NCBI GenBank assembly: GCA_002269645.1
Contig: NIVC01000130.1
Coordinates: 434,001-498,000 of the forward strand
DNA: 64,000 nucleotides
Direction: 5' to 3'
From: Macrostomum lignano
Taxonomy: Eukaryota
A program made the position numbers and the translations under genes. Below are positions 12,501-22,782 of the stretch, piece after piece. The notes under the pieces are model-generated. The model ran no database searches, was not told the DNA's origin, and saw nothing but the letters and a program-made list of their open reading frames with translations. The first letter of the stretch is position 1. Every line of letters begins with the position of its first letter.

Positions 12501-15500
12501 AGACCGCAGCAGGAGCCTGAGGTTCCTGAGTCCACTACAATTGCACCTGACCCACAGTCAAGCTCGTATGTCACACCCGATGTATTGGAGGCTGGCCACT
12601 CTACATCAAGACAGGTCACGTTGGAGTTCTTCACGGTGACAGAAGCCACGGGTGACACCACTGAAACCGGGTTTCAGTTCGTGTGACAAAGAAGGTCAGT
12701 AAGGGGAGCTCAAATCCTGTGTCGATAAGGGCTTGGAGTTTCCAAAAAATATAAAAATTACTTAAAAGATCGCTACGCTACTGAAAGTAGCGAGTTGTGA
12801 CTTTTCTGTCAATAGTAAACCCTTCATATTCATAAATGCTCTGTAAAATTCCACACGTTACACGCAAGTCGGAAACCTCACAGCAATATCAAAGAAACCA
12901 CGTCACAAAAATTAGATACGAGTATGAGTAAACGTGACTCAAAACAATGCACTCTTGTGCCCTGAGTGCACTAATTCAATCTTTACTCGAGCTTAAATTT
13001 CGATTTCTACAGAAACTCCACTGGGTATGGGAGTCCGCTCATCCCTATTCGTTGTGCTTTGGATTGATTCAATTAGTAAGATATCGTAGCAAAAATTTTA
13101 TCTCTACTCTAACTATACCCAAAAATTTACAACATGGGTCATGCCGTGAATGAAACCCAGTTGCACTGCCAAAATCAATGCAAGAATTTTAGAAAGATTA
13201 GGATCAGAAAACTCACGAGTCTGTGCCATTGTACTGGCGGGAGAGCTGTTGCTAAAGCCAGGCTTAACCACAACAACAGTTGCTGTGAGGTTCTCTCCCG
13301 ACTGCAGACCGCAGCAGCTGCCTTTCAGCTCTCCGCCGGCATCAATCGAAAAATTTGAGCCACAGGTCAGGTTGTATGTCACACCTGACGTATTGGAGGC
13401 TTGCCACTCTACATCAAGACAGTTCACGTTGGAGTTCTTCACGGTGACAGAAGCCACGGGAGCGACCACTGGAAGCAAATCAAACAAGGTGTACAAATGT
13501 GCATTTTTCAATACAGTTATAGTTAATACTGCTCATACTTATTCACTGACTGCAGTGTCTTCAGTGTATAGTAAGTTAATAACTGTCTGATACAAACTGT
13601 ACCAAAACAACTCTAAAGAAATTTTAAGCTCCGAAAAAAGGCAAAGGCGGAGCTGTCGCTCAAGCTGCATCAGCTGCTGCAATCATTTCTGCTGCAAAAT
13701 CAGAGTGATGGAAAGCAGTAAAATTTGAAAAATTGTGTTAAAGGCCACGCATCTGAAACTTAAAAAATTTCTACATTGGTGACATCACTGCAGTAAAAAG
13801 GCTTTTGTATTGGCCTTAAAGTTGCACCACATCCACAGCAATTTTTTCAACACTTTGAAAATTGAATTACAAGCCTGCGTCAGATCAGCTATTAAGCATG
13901 GGTGAACTCGCTACCTGGCAAAAACTGTCGTCAACTTACATTCTGCTTTGCGGAGGAATTTACGAGTAATTTATACAAAAAATCAAAGCCGTCAGTCAAA
14001 GCTCAGCCCCGTCAATCAACATCCCTAAAAGCCGCAAAGCATCACAGTCGAATTAAAGGCCTGCGTCAGTTGAGCAATTAAGCATCAAGCACTCTGATTT
14101 GCAGAGGAATTTAATTCAGAAAAATCAAACTTCAGCCCTGTCAGTCAACATCCCTAAAAGCCGCAAAGCATCACGGCAACAAAGCCATCTGACTCAGAGC
14201 AGCTCATCTGAGCACACAGAGCTGCTGAACTCACGAGTCTGTCCCACTGTACTGGTGGGAGAGCTGTTGTTAAAGCCAGGCTTAACCACAACAACAGTTG
14301 CTGTGTGGTTCTCTCCTGACTGCAGACCGCAGCAGGAGCCTGAGGTTCCTGAGTCCACTACAATTGCACCTGACCCACAGTCAAGCTCGTATGACACATC
14401 TGATGTATTGGAGGCTGGCCACTCTACATCAAGACAGGTCACGTTGGAGTTCTTCATGGTAACAGAAGCCACGGGTGACACCACTAAAACCGGGTTGCAA
14501 TTCGTGTGACAAAGAAGGTCAGTTAGAGGAGCTCAAATTCGGTGTCGATAAGGGCTTGTAGTTTCCAAAAATTAAAAAATTACTTAAAAGATCGCTAGAC
14601 CAATGAAAGTAGTGACATTAGGACATTCATGCAATAATACAACCTTCTGTGGAACGACAGTAACTTCAAAGTAACATCATTTAATTTAGGTCACAAAAAG
14701 TACGTATAAAAAACGTGACTGAATGCAGTGCACGCTTGTGCCTCTACTGCACTCGTTGAACTTTTGTTTGAGTTTAAATAATCTCGATTTCTACAGACAA
14801 ATTCAAAAGCATTTGCTGGGTTCGCAGTGCACAATTCGAATAGAAAATATCACCGCAACGTTACTGTTGCGCTCTGGATTGATTCAATTTATTAGATATC
14901 AGAGCAAAACTGTTCATTCAATGAGTCATGTCGTGAATGAAATCACGTTGCACTACCACAAAATTCTCCTCCCTAAGGTAAACTGTTGCACCGGAGTTGG
15001 CCTGAGCAGTTGCAGCTGGCGTCAGTGCGGTGAGAGCGTGCTGGCTGGTCCTGTAGTAGGTCTTGAACACCAAGTCGATGGCGTCCTCGAAGGCTCGAAC
15101 TTCACTCCCGCCCTTAAGTTCGACTCAGCGGTTGCCCTTTGAGTAACACTGGCTAGCTCGGCTGTGTCGGATGCCCTCCGCTTGCAGGAAGTCCTCGAAC
15201 TCTTCGCTGACGAACTGGGGCCCGTTGTCGCCGATCAGCATTTTTGGCACACCGCATCGACCGAATAGTTTCTGTAGCGCTTTGATAATGTTGGCAGAGG
15301 CCACTGTCTCCATGGCTGCAGTCTTCGGTCACTTGCTGTAGAGATCGTGGATCCCCAGTAGGAATCGCTGATGTCGAGGAGCTGCGGCGACCTCGCCGAA
15401 GATTTCGATCTCGACCTTTGTCCCACGGTCCATCTGGCCACTCGACTGGTGCCACGGTTGTCTGGTGCGGCTTGCCGGTCTTCTCCGCGAGGTTGCAGGC

Positions 15501-18500
15501 CGTGCAGTTCTTGACGTGGTCCTCTACGTGCTGAGCAATCCCAGGAAACCAGACCGTGTCGACGCACTGACTGATGCTCCAACAGAAGAGCTTCTCGCGG
15601 ATGTTGTACTACGGCCGAAGAGTACCAGTACTGCTTACCTCGGTCGGCCAGCCGTCAGCGATGTGTCGTAGAACCGGCTGCAATTCTTCGTCATTCCTGG
15701 TTGCAGTCGCTAGCTTATCGTCCATTTGCGTTGTATTCAAGTCGAAAATTGCGTAGAGGTAGCTCTCCTCATCTGTCTCGACTGAAACGCGTTCGGTCGT
15801 GGCCCATTTGTACAGCATGTCTGCGCACTGGTTCTCAGCGTCAATGCTTCTCGCTCGCCGCTGAGTATCTCTTTTCCGCTAGACTCAGAGCTCTTGACGC
15901 GAACACGATTGGCACCTCTTGTCCATTTCATCTCTTTGCTTCTTGCTAAGCGCCTTTATGTGGAGCTCTGAGCTGCTAAACTGCTTGGCGTCCCTGCATG
16001 ATGGCTGCTTCGATTCGCTCGACCTTCTTAATGGCGTCGTCAAGCGTCAGACTATGTCCCAAATCAGCAGTCTTTTCGTGATGCGAGGTTCGCATGTTTT
16101 CTTCACGAGTTGGTCCCGTATCATCACACGGTGGAAGTTGCCAAAGTTGCAGTTTGTTGCCAGTTCTCTCAAGGCCATCATGTTGTCTCCGATGCTCTCG
16201 CCGTCATGCTGGGCTCGCAGCCGAAAGACGAAGCGCTCTGCTATGACGCTTCTCGACGAGTTGAAAATCCCCTTCAGTGCCTTTTTGGCCAACTGAAGCG
16301 ACTTGCTTGCATCGACGTTTGCAGCTCGTCGGCGTCCTTCCTCACTGAGTAGATGCAGGGGGATCGCCTTTTTCCGACACTCTGATGCCCCTTCAAGATT
16401 TCCAGCTACCAGAAAGTTCTCAAATGACTTGATCCACCTTGCCCATGGCACAAGAGGTTTACCTGGTTGAAACTCCACTGGGTATGGGAGTCCGCTCATC
16501 GCTATTCGTTGTGCTTTGGATTGATTCAATTAGTAAGATATCGTAGCAAAAATTTTATCTCTACTCTAACTATACCCAAAAATTTACAACATGGGTCATG
16601 CCGTGAATGAAACCCAGTTGCACTGCCAAAATCAATGCAAGAATTTTAGAAAGATTAGGATCAGAAAACTCACGAGTCTGTGCCATTGTACTGGTGGAAG
16701 AGCTGTCGTTAAAGCCAGGCTTAACCACAACAACAGTTGCTGTGAGGTTCTCTCCCGACTGCAGACCGCAGCAGCTGCCATTCAGCTGTTTGCCGGCATC
16801 AATCGGAGAATTGGAGCCACAGGTCAGGTTGTATGTCACACCTGACGTATTGGAGGCTGGCCACTCTACATCAAGACAGTTCACGTTGGAGCCCGTCACG
16901 GTGACAGAAGCCACGGGAGCGACCACTGGAAGCAAATCAAACAAGGTGTACAAATGCATGCATTTTTAAATACAGCGATAGTTAATACTGCTCATACTTA
17001 TTCACTGACTGCAGTGTCTTCAGTTCTGGTATAGTAAGTTAATAACAATCTGATACAAACTGTACCAAACACCTCTACAAAAGCTGTAAGCTCCGAAAAA
17101 AGGCAAAGGCGGAGCTGTCGCTCAAGCTGCATCAGCTGCTGCAATCATTTCTGCTGCAAAATCAGAGCGATGGAAAGCAGTAAAATTTGAAAAATTGTGT
17201 TAAAGGCCACGTATCTGAAGCTTAAAAAATTTCTACATTGGTGACATCACTGCAGTAAAAAGGCTTTTGTATTGGCCTTAAAGTTGCACCACATCCACAG
17301 CAATTTTTTCAACACTTTGAAAATTGAATTACAAGCCTGCGTCAGATCAGCTATAAGCATGGGTGAACTCGCTACCTGGCAAAAACTGTCGTCAACTTAC
17401 ATTCTGCTTTGCGGAGGAATTTACGAGTAATTTATACAAAAAATCAAAGCCATCAGTCAAAGCTCAGCCCCGTCAATCAACATCCCTAAAAGCCGCAAAG
17501 CATCACAGTCGAATTAAAGGCCTGCGTCAGTTGAGCAATTAAGCATCAAGCACTCTGATTTGCAGAGGAATTTAATTCAGAAAAATCAAACTTCAGCCCT
17601 GTCAGTCAACATCCCTAAAAGCCGCAAAGCATCACGGCAACAAAGCCATCTGACTCAGAGCAGCTCATCTGAGCACACAGAGCTGCTGAACTCACGAGTC
17701 TGTCCCACTTTACTGGCGGGAGAGCTGTTGCTAAAGCCAGGCTTAACCACAACAACAGTTGCTGTGTGGTTCTCTCCTGACTGCAGACCGCAGCAGGAGC
17801 CTGAGGTTCCTGAGTCCACTTTAATTGCACCTGACCCACAGTCAAGCTCGTATGTCACACCCGATGTATTGGAGGCTGGCCACTCTACATCAAGACAGGT
17901 CACGTTGGAGTTCTTCACGGTGACAGAAGCCACAGGTGACACCACTAAAACCGGGTTTCAGTTCGTGTGACAAAGAAGGTCAGTTAGAGCACAATAAATC
18001 GTGCGCTATTGTTGGATAGCTGTTGCAAAAAAACCTTAAAAGATCACTACGCTACTGAAAGTAGTAAGTTAGGACTTTCCGGTCAATAATTAAACCCTCA
18101 TAAGTGCTCTGTAAAATGACAATAGATACATGCACGTCGGAAGCCTTACAAAAACATCGAAGAAGCCACGTCACAAAAACTACTTATGAGTAAACGTGAG
18201 TGAATACAATGCACTCTTGTGCCCTAATTGCACTGCTTGAAACTTTCCTTGATTTTCAAATTCGATTTCTACAGACTAACTGCAAAGCCTTTGCTGGGTT
18301 TCAGTGCACAATTTGAATCAAACAATGCCCCGGCGCTGAGGCAAGAAACTCAGAAACATCGGCTGTGAAAACTCACGAGTCTGTCCCACTATACTGGCGG
18401 GAGAGCTGTCGTTAAAGCCAGCTTAACCACAACAACAGTTGCTGTGAGGTTCTCTCCTGACTGCAGACCGCAGCAGCTGCCATTCAGCTGTTTGCCGGCA

Positions 18501-21500
18501 TCAATCGAAGAATTGGAGCCACAGTCAAGCTCGTATGTCACATCCGATGTATTGGAGGCTGTCCAGTCTACATCAAGACAGGTCACATTGGATTTCGTCA
18601 CGGTGACAGAAGCCACGGGTGACACCACTGAAACCGGGTTGCAATTCGTGTGACAAATAAGGTCAGTTAGAGCACAATAAATCGTGTGCCATTGTTGGAT
18701 AGCTGTTGCAAAAAATAAAATAAAAACTTAAAAGATCACTACGCTACTGAAAGTAGTAAGTTAGGACTTTCCGGTCAATAATTAACCCCTCATAAGTGCT
18801 CTGTAAAATGACAATAGATACATGCACGTCGGAAGCCTCACAAAAACATCGAAGAAGCCACGTCACAAAAACTACTTATGAGTAAACGTGAGTGAATACA
18901 ATGCACTCTTGTGCCCTAATTGCACTGCTTGAAACTTTCCTTGATTTTCAAATTCGATTTCTACAGACTAACTGCAAAGCCTTTGCTGGGTTTCAGTGCA
19001 CAATTTGAATCAAACAATGCCCCGGCGCTGAGGCAAGAAACTCAGAAACATCGGCTGTGAAAACTCACGAGTCTGTCCCACTCTACTGGCGGGAGAGCTG
19101 TCGTTAAAGCCAGCCTTAACCACAACAACAGTTGCTGTGAGGTTCTCTCCCGACTGCAGACCGCAGCAGCTGCCATTCAGCTGTTTGCCGGCATCAATCG
19201 GAGAATTGGAGCCACAGGTCAGGTTGTATGTCACACCTGACGTATTGGAGGCTGGCCACTCTACATCAAGACAGTTCACGTTGGAGCCCGTCACGGTGAC
19301 AGAAGCCACGGGAGCGACCACTGGAAGCAAATCAAACAAGGTGTACAAATGCATGCATTTTAAAATACAGCGATGGTTAATACAGCTCATACTTATTCAC
19401 TGACTGCAGTGTCTTCAGTTCTGGTATAGTAAGTTAATAACAATCTGATACAAACTGTACCAAACACCTCTACAAAAGCTGTAAGCTCCGAAAAAAGGCA
19501 AAGGCGGAGCTGTCGCTCAAGCTGCATCAGCTGCTGCAATCATTTCTGCTGCAAAATCAGAGCGATGGAAAGCAGTAAAATTTGAAAAATTGTGTTAAAG
19601 GCCACGTATCTGAAGCTTAAAAAATTTCTACATTGGTGACATCACTGCAGTAAAAAGGCTTTTGTATTGGCCTTAAAGTTGCACCACATCCACAGCAATT
19701 TTTTCAACACTTTGAAAATTGAATTACAAGCCTGCGTCAGATCAGCTATTAAGCATGGGTGAACTCGCTACCTGGCAAAAACTGTCGTCAACTTACATAC
19801 TGCTTAGCGGAGGAATTTACGAGTAATTTATACAAAAAATCAAAGCCATCAGTCAAAGCTCAGCCCCGTCAATCAACATCCCTAAAAGCCGCAAAGCATC
19901 ACAGTCGAATTAAAGGCCTGCGTCAGTTGAGCAATTAAGCATCAAGCACTCTGATTTGCAGAGGAATTTAATTCAGAAAAATCAAACTTCAGCCCTGTCA
20001 GTCAACATCCTTAAAAGCCGCAAAGCATCACAGCAACAAAGCCATCTGACTCAGAGCAGCTCATCTGAGCACACAGAGCTGCTGAACTCACGAGTCTGTC
20101 CCACTTTACTGGCGGGAGAGCTGTTGCTAAAGCCAGGCTTAACCACAACAACAGTTGCTGTGTGGTTCTCTCCTGACTGCAGACCGCAGCAGGAGCCTGA
20201 GGTTCCTGAGTCCACTTTAATTGCACCTGACCCACAGTCAAGCTCGTATGTCACACCCGATGTATTGGAGGCTGGCCACTCTACATCAAGACAGTTCACG
20301 TTGGAGCCCGTCACTGTGACAGAAGCCACAGGTGACACCACTGAAACCGGGTTGCAATTCGTGTGACAAATAAGGTCAGTTAGAGCACAATAAATCGTGT
20401 GCCATTGTTGGATAGCTGTTGCAAAAAATAAAATAAAAACTTAAAAGATCACTACGCTACTGAAAGTAGTAAGTTAGGACTTTCCGGTCAATAATTAACC
20501 CCTCATAAGTGCTCTGTAAAATGACAATAGATACATGCACGTCGGAAGCCTCACAAAAACATCGAAGAAGCCACGTCACAAAAACTACTTATGAGTAAAC
20601 GTGAGTGAATACAATGCACTCTTGTGCCCTAATTGCACTGCTTGAAACTTTCCTTGATTTTCAAATTCGATTTCTACAGACTAACTGCAAAGCCTTTGCT
20701 GGGTTTCAGTGCACAATTTGAATCAAACAATGCCCCGGCGCTGAGGCAAGAAACTCAGAAACATCGGCTGTGAAAACTCACGAGTCTGTCCCACTCTACT
20801 GGCGGGAGAGCTGTTGTTAAAGCCAGGCTTAACCACAACAACAGTTGCTGTGAGGTTCTCTCCCGACTGCAGACCGCAGCAGCTGCCATTCAGCTGTTTG
20901 CCGGCATCAATCGGAGAATTGGAGCCACAGGTCAGGTTGTATGTCACACCTGACGTATTGGAGGCTGGCCACTCTACATCAAGACAGTTCACGTTGGAGC
21001 CCGTCACGGTGACAGAAGCCACGGGAGCGACCACTGGAAGCAAATCAAACAAGGTGTACAAATGCATGCATTTTTAAATACAGCGATAGTTAATACTGCT
21101 CATACTTATTCACTGACTGCAGTGTCTTCAGTTTCGGTATAGTAGTTAATATCTGTCTGATACAAACTGTAGAAAGGTGTAAACATACAGTCATTCCGAA
21201 TGCAGCAGCAATCTTATACAGACAGTCTGTACATCTTACGCTCCTTAGTAATCAGAATTACCACCTGCTATCTTCGTCGTCATCATTTCGTCTTACTAAA
21301 AATATATTAAACTGCAGTAAATAAAACCTTGCTATCAAACTGTTTAAGCATTTGATGATGAAGGAAGGTAAACACACTGAAGTTTCCATTTGCAGCTAGT
21401 AGCTGCTTTAAAAAAGCACCCTTACTGCACAAGAAGAACTGCGCAAATTCACAGTTTCTAAATTTCTCAGGAAATTCCGAACAAAATTACATGTATAAGC

Positions 21501-22782
21501 TTCGATAGTTTTAAGTAGCAAAACCTTGCATAGTTGCTAACACAAAATCCAAGTGGAGCAAAGTTGTTGATGACTCGATACACAGCGTTCTTCATAAACT
21601 TTGATTTAACGAATTGCAAACATTTATCGTATCCCCTGCATTCATTGCCTCTGACCGGATAGGCATTTCAAGTGTGCTTTAGTGTGTGACAGTGTCTGCT
21701 TTAGTGTGTCACAGTGTCTGCTTTAGTGTGTCACAGTGTCTGCTTTAGTGCGTCACAGTGTCTGCTTTAGTGTGCCACAGTGTCTGCTTTAGTGTGTCAC
21801 AGTGTCTGCTTTAGTGTGTCACAATGTCTGCTTTAGTGTGCCACAGTGTCTGCTTTAGTGTGTCACAGTGTCTGCTTTAGTGTGTCACAGTGTCTGCTTT
21901 CGTGTGTCACAGTGTCTGTTTTAGTGTGTCACAGTGTCTGTTTTAGTGTGTCACAGTGTCTGTTTTAGTGTGTCACAGTGTCTGTTTTAGTGTGTCACAG
22001 TGTCTGTTTTAGTGTGTCACAGTGTCTGCTTTAGTGTGTCAGTGTCTGCTTTAGTGCGTCAGTGTCTGTCTTAGTGTGTCACAGTGTCTGTCTTAGTGTG
22101 TCACAGTGTCTGTCTTAGTGTGTCACAGTGTCTGTCTTAGTGTGTCACAGTGTCTGTCTTAGTGTGTCTTTGCGTTTCTCTTAGTGAGCCGTTCTGTTTT
22201 AACACATCTGTCATAGGAAGACATTTGCTCAAAAATGGGGTTGCTGAGTTTCAAAAGCTCCAAGAGAAAAGGTGTCTGAGATTACAAAAGTCAAGAGCCA
22301 ACTACAATTGATGTCAGCGCTGTTTCCAAGTGTTTGACCCAGAAGCTTCACTCACGAGTTTTGCCTGTGGCGCTGCTGGGCGGGCTGTCCAGATGTCCTG
22401 GAGCTTGTGCTACGACTGTCACGCTGTGCTCTGCGCCGGAGCTCAAACCGGTACAGGTGTAGCTGCTGGCGGTGATGTTGCATTCAAGAGGCTTTCCCGA
22501 GCAGTTGACACAGTATGAGGCGCCTGCTCCTGACACAGGCGTCCATGAAAAATACACCGAATCTACCGTGGCTCTTGCCGCATCCGATTTGAGATCGGTC
22601 ACCGACGGTAGAGTTGGAGTTGGAGTTGGAGTTGGAGTTGTCGGAGCTTCCGTAGGCGCCTCCGTAGTTGTCGCTGGTGCGTCGGTTGTCGATGCTTTCG
22701 TCAACTGCAGGACCGGCAAACTGCAGACTGTCAACAGAAGCAGCACTGCTGACGCCCGCGAACTACTAGCAGGAGTTGGCAT
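510..22782 (-). CDS. Multi-exon single-pass FN3-repeat receptor, probably an R3-subtype receptor protein tyrosine phosphatase (PTPRB/PTPRJ/Ptp10D-like); 3' part outside the window
   Basis: Signal peptide, T/P-rich stretch, many FN3 repeats, and an R3-type stalk (FNDSYGKIRY...CNGPL...YRVYLVACT), followed by the TM helix LIGGIVGGVLGALLVVAIVVLLI and KR. The GT-AG exons join in frame (about 2190 codons in the window if the two broken cassettes are skipped). No PTP domain is visible, so the phosphatase call rests on ectodomain architecture. Confidence 0.75.
1017..1043 (-). CDS. 27-nt candidate micro-exon (RPEWYESGF)
   Basis: ttttag acceptor, TG|GTTAGT donor, phase 2-2, no stop. Confidence 0.45.
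1085..1595. repeat. Minisatellite, 21-22 bp (gaggaggccagccaatgaggt)
   Basis: Directly visible; intronic. Confidence 0.9.
1774..1818 (-). CDS. 45-nt juxtamembrane micro-exon (GSKPPENANGFSNTN)
   Basis: atttcag acceptor, AG|GTAAGT donor, phase 2-2, in frame with the TM exon. Confidence 0.65.
1853..2822. repeat. Minisatellite, 20 bp (cttcacagacacccagctca)
   Basis: Directly visible; intronic. Confidence 0.95.
2892..3457 (-). CDS. Receptor stalk and transmembrane exon
   Basis: acccag acceptor, R3-RPTP-like stalk, 23-aa hydrophobic helix, GG|GTGAGT phase-2 donor. Confidence 0.85.
3470..4800. repeat. Minisatellite, about 20 bp (ggagtgaggtgggtgatgct)
   Basis: Directly visible; fills almost the entire intron. 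Confidence 0.95.
4835..5668 (-). CDS. Receptor FN3 exon (834 nt)
   Basis: LLPYTWYHFTIEA and WQQPDRFNGVPIRYEL motifs; phase 0-0 sites (ctctcag acceptor, CAA|GTGAGT donor). Confidence 0.8.
5671..6263 (+). mobile_element. tRNA-derived CORE-type SINE split by a roughly 325-bp insertion
   Basis: A box TAGCCTAGTGG and B box GGTTCGATTCC, then TGTGTCCTTGAGCAAGACACTTAAC...CTGTAAACTGGG, which resembles the MIR CORE. The 3' part at 6152-6263 matches the contiguous copy at 40833-41075. Confidence 0.75.
6302..7860 (-). CDS. Receptor large FN3 exon (1559 nt)
   Basis: Canonical FN3 motifs (LSWSPPSEPNGVIIAYTV, LSPGVQYDCSVTAWTSAGES, LEPYTPYRITVWPVNRAGPG). atttcag acceptor; GAG|GTGAGT phase-0 donor. Confidence 0.85.
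7925..8715. repeat. Degenerate ccccaactccacaaa-type minisatellite
   Basis: Directly visible; intronic. Confidence 0.9.
8910..9218 (-). CDS. Receptor ectodomain exon (309 nt, atypical domain)
   Basis: atttcag acceptor, G|GTGAGT donor, phase 1-1, open frame. Confidence 0.75.
9518..9657. mobile_element. Small fold-back/MITE-like element
   Basis: Imperfect inverted arms of about 50 bp (tctttgcttttatgaatccattttatc / gataaaatagattcataaaaccaaaga). Confidence 0.45.
9741..9992 (-). CDS. Single-copy FN3 exon (252 nt)
   Basis: cccag acceptor, A|GTAAG donor, phase 1-1; LSPVTNASIVWSSTYESVHVSWNAS...GLSPGS. Confidence 0.8.
10084..10335 (-). CDS. FN3 cassette exon, type A (252 nt)
   Basis: Intact splice sites, open frame. 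Confidence 0.8.
11102..11350 (-). CDS. FN3 cassette exon, type B (249 nt)
   Basis: Intact splice sites, open frame. Confidence 0.8.
11792..11853 (-). pseudogene. Truncated type-A FN3 cassette (3' 62 nt and donor only)
   Basis: The exon 3' end (VVVVKAGFNDSSPASRVGQT) is fused directly to upstream intron sequence; the normal acceptor and the first 190 nt are missing. Confidence 0.75.
12412..12660 (-). CDS. FN3 cassette exon, type B (249 nt)
   Basis: Intact splice sites, open frame. Confidence 0.8.
13217..13468 (-). CDS. FN3 cassette exon, type A (252 nt)
   Basis: Intact splice sites, open frame. Confidence 0.8.
14235..14483 (-). CDS. FN3 cassette exon, type B (249 nt)
   Basis: Intact splice sites, open frame. 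Confidence 0.8.
14990..16500 (-). mobile_element. Degenerate, internally deleted Ty3/Gypsy LTR-retrotransposon fragment (gag N-terminus, pol connection, integrase)
   Basis: Gag-like EFQPGKPLVPWARWIKSFENFL...KKA; integrase zinc finger VWFPGIAQHVEDHVKNCTAC; integrase core GDNGPQFVSEEFEDFLQAEGIRH. Many frameshifts; no LTRs recognised. Confidence 0.85.
16674..16925 (-). CDS. FN3 cassette exon, type A (252 nt)
   Basis: Intact splice sites, open frame. Confidence 0.8.
17696..17944 (-). CDS. FN3 cassette exon, type B (249 nt)
   Basis: Acceptor ttttag, donor GTGAGT, open frame. Confidence 0.8.
18377..18627 (-). pseudogene. Chimeric B/A FN3 cassette with a 1-nt deletion (251 nt)
   Basis: aaagccagcttaacc near 18421, versus aaagccaggcttaacc or aaagccagccttaacc in sister exons. 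The frame ends KLALTTALPPV-stop. Splice sites are intact. Could be a sequencing error. Confidence 0.65.
19069..19320 (-). CDS. FN3 cassette exon, type A (252 nt)
   Basis: Intact splice sites, phase 1-1, open frame. Confidence 0.8.
20092..20340 (-). CDS. FN3 cassette exon, type B with an A-type patch (249 nt)
   Basis: Acceptor tttcag, donor GTGAGT; VTGSNVNC (A-type) joined to ELDCGSGAIKV (B-type). Confidence 0.8.
20782..21033 (-). CDS. FN3 cassette exon, type A (252 nt)
   Basis: Acceptor ttccag, donor C|GTGAGT, phase 1-1, open frame. Confidence 0.8.
21680..22168. repeat. Minisatellite, 20 bp (tgtcacagtgtctgctttag)
   Basis: Directly visible. Confidence 0.95.
22356..22782 (-). CDS. Receptor first coding exon: signal peptide, Thr/Pro mucin-like stretch, first FN3
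   Basis: ATG at 22782 (MPTPASSSRASAVLLLLTVCSLPVLQLTKA); phase-1 donor C|GTGAGT at 22355. Confidence 0.85.

Noticed and set aside
14628-14640. catgcaataa, a partial reverse match to a flatworm spliced-leader 3' end
   Set aside because: Only about 10 nt match, with no SL hairpin or Sm site.
10084-21033. CRISPR-like or repeat-spacer interpretation of the regular arrays
   Set aside because: The units are spliceosomal exons with introns, and the minisatellites have no unique spacers. No cas genes are present and the context is eukaryotic.
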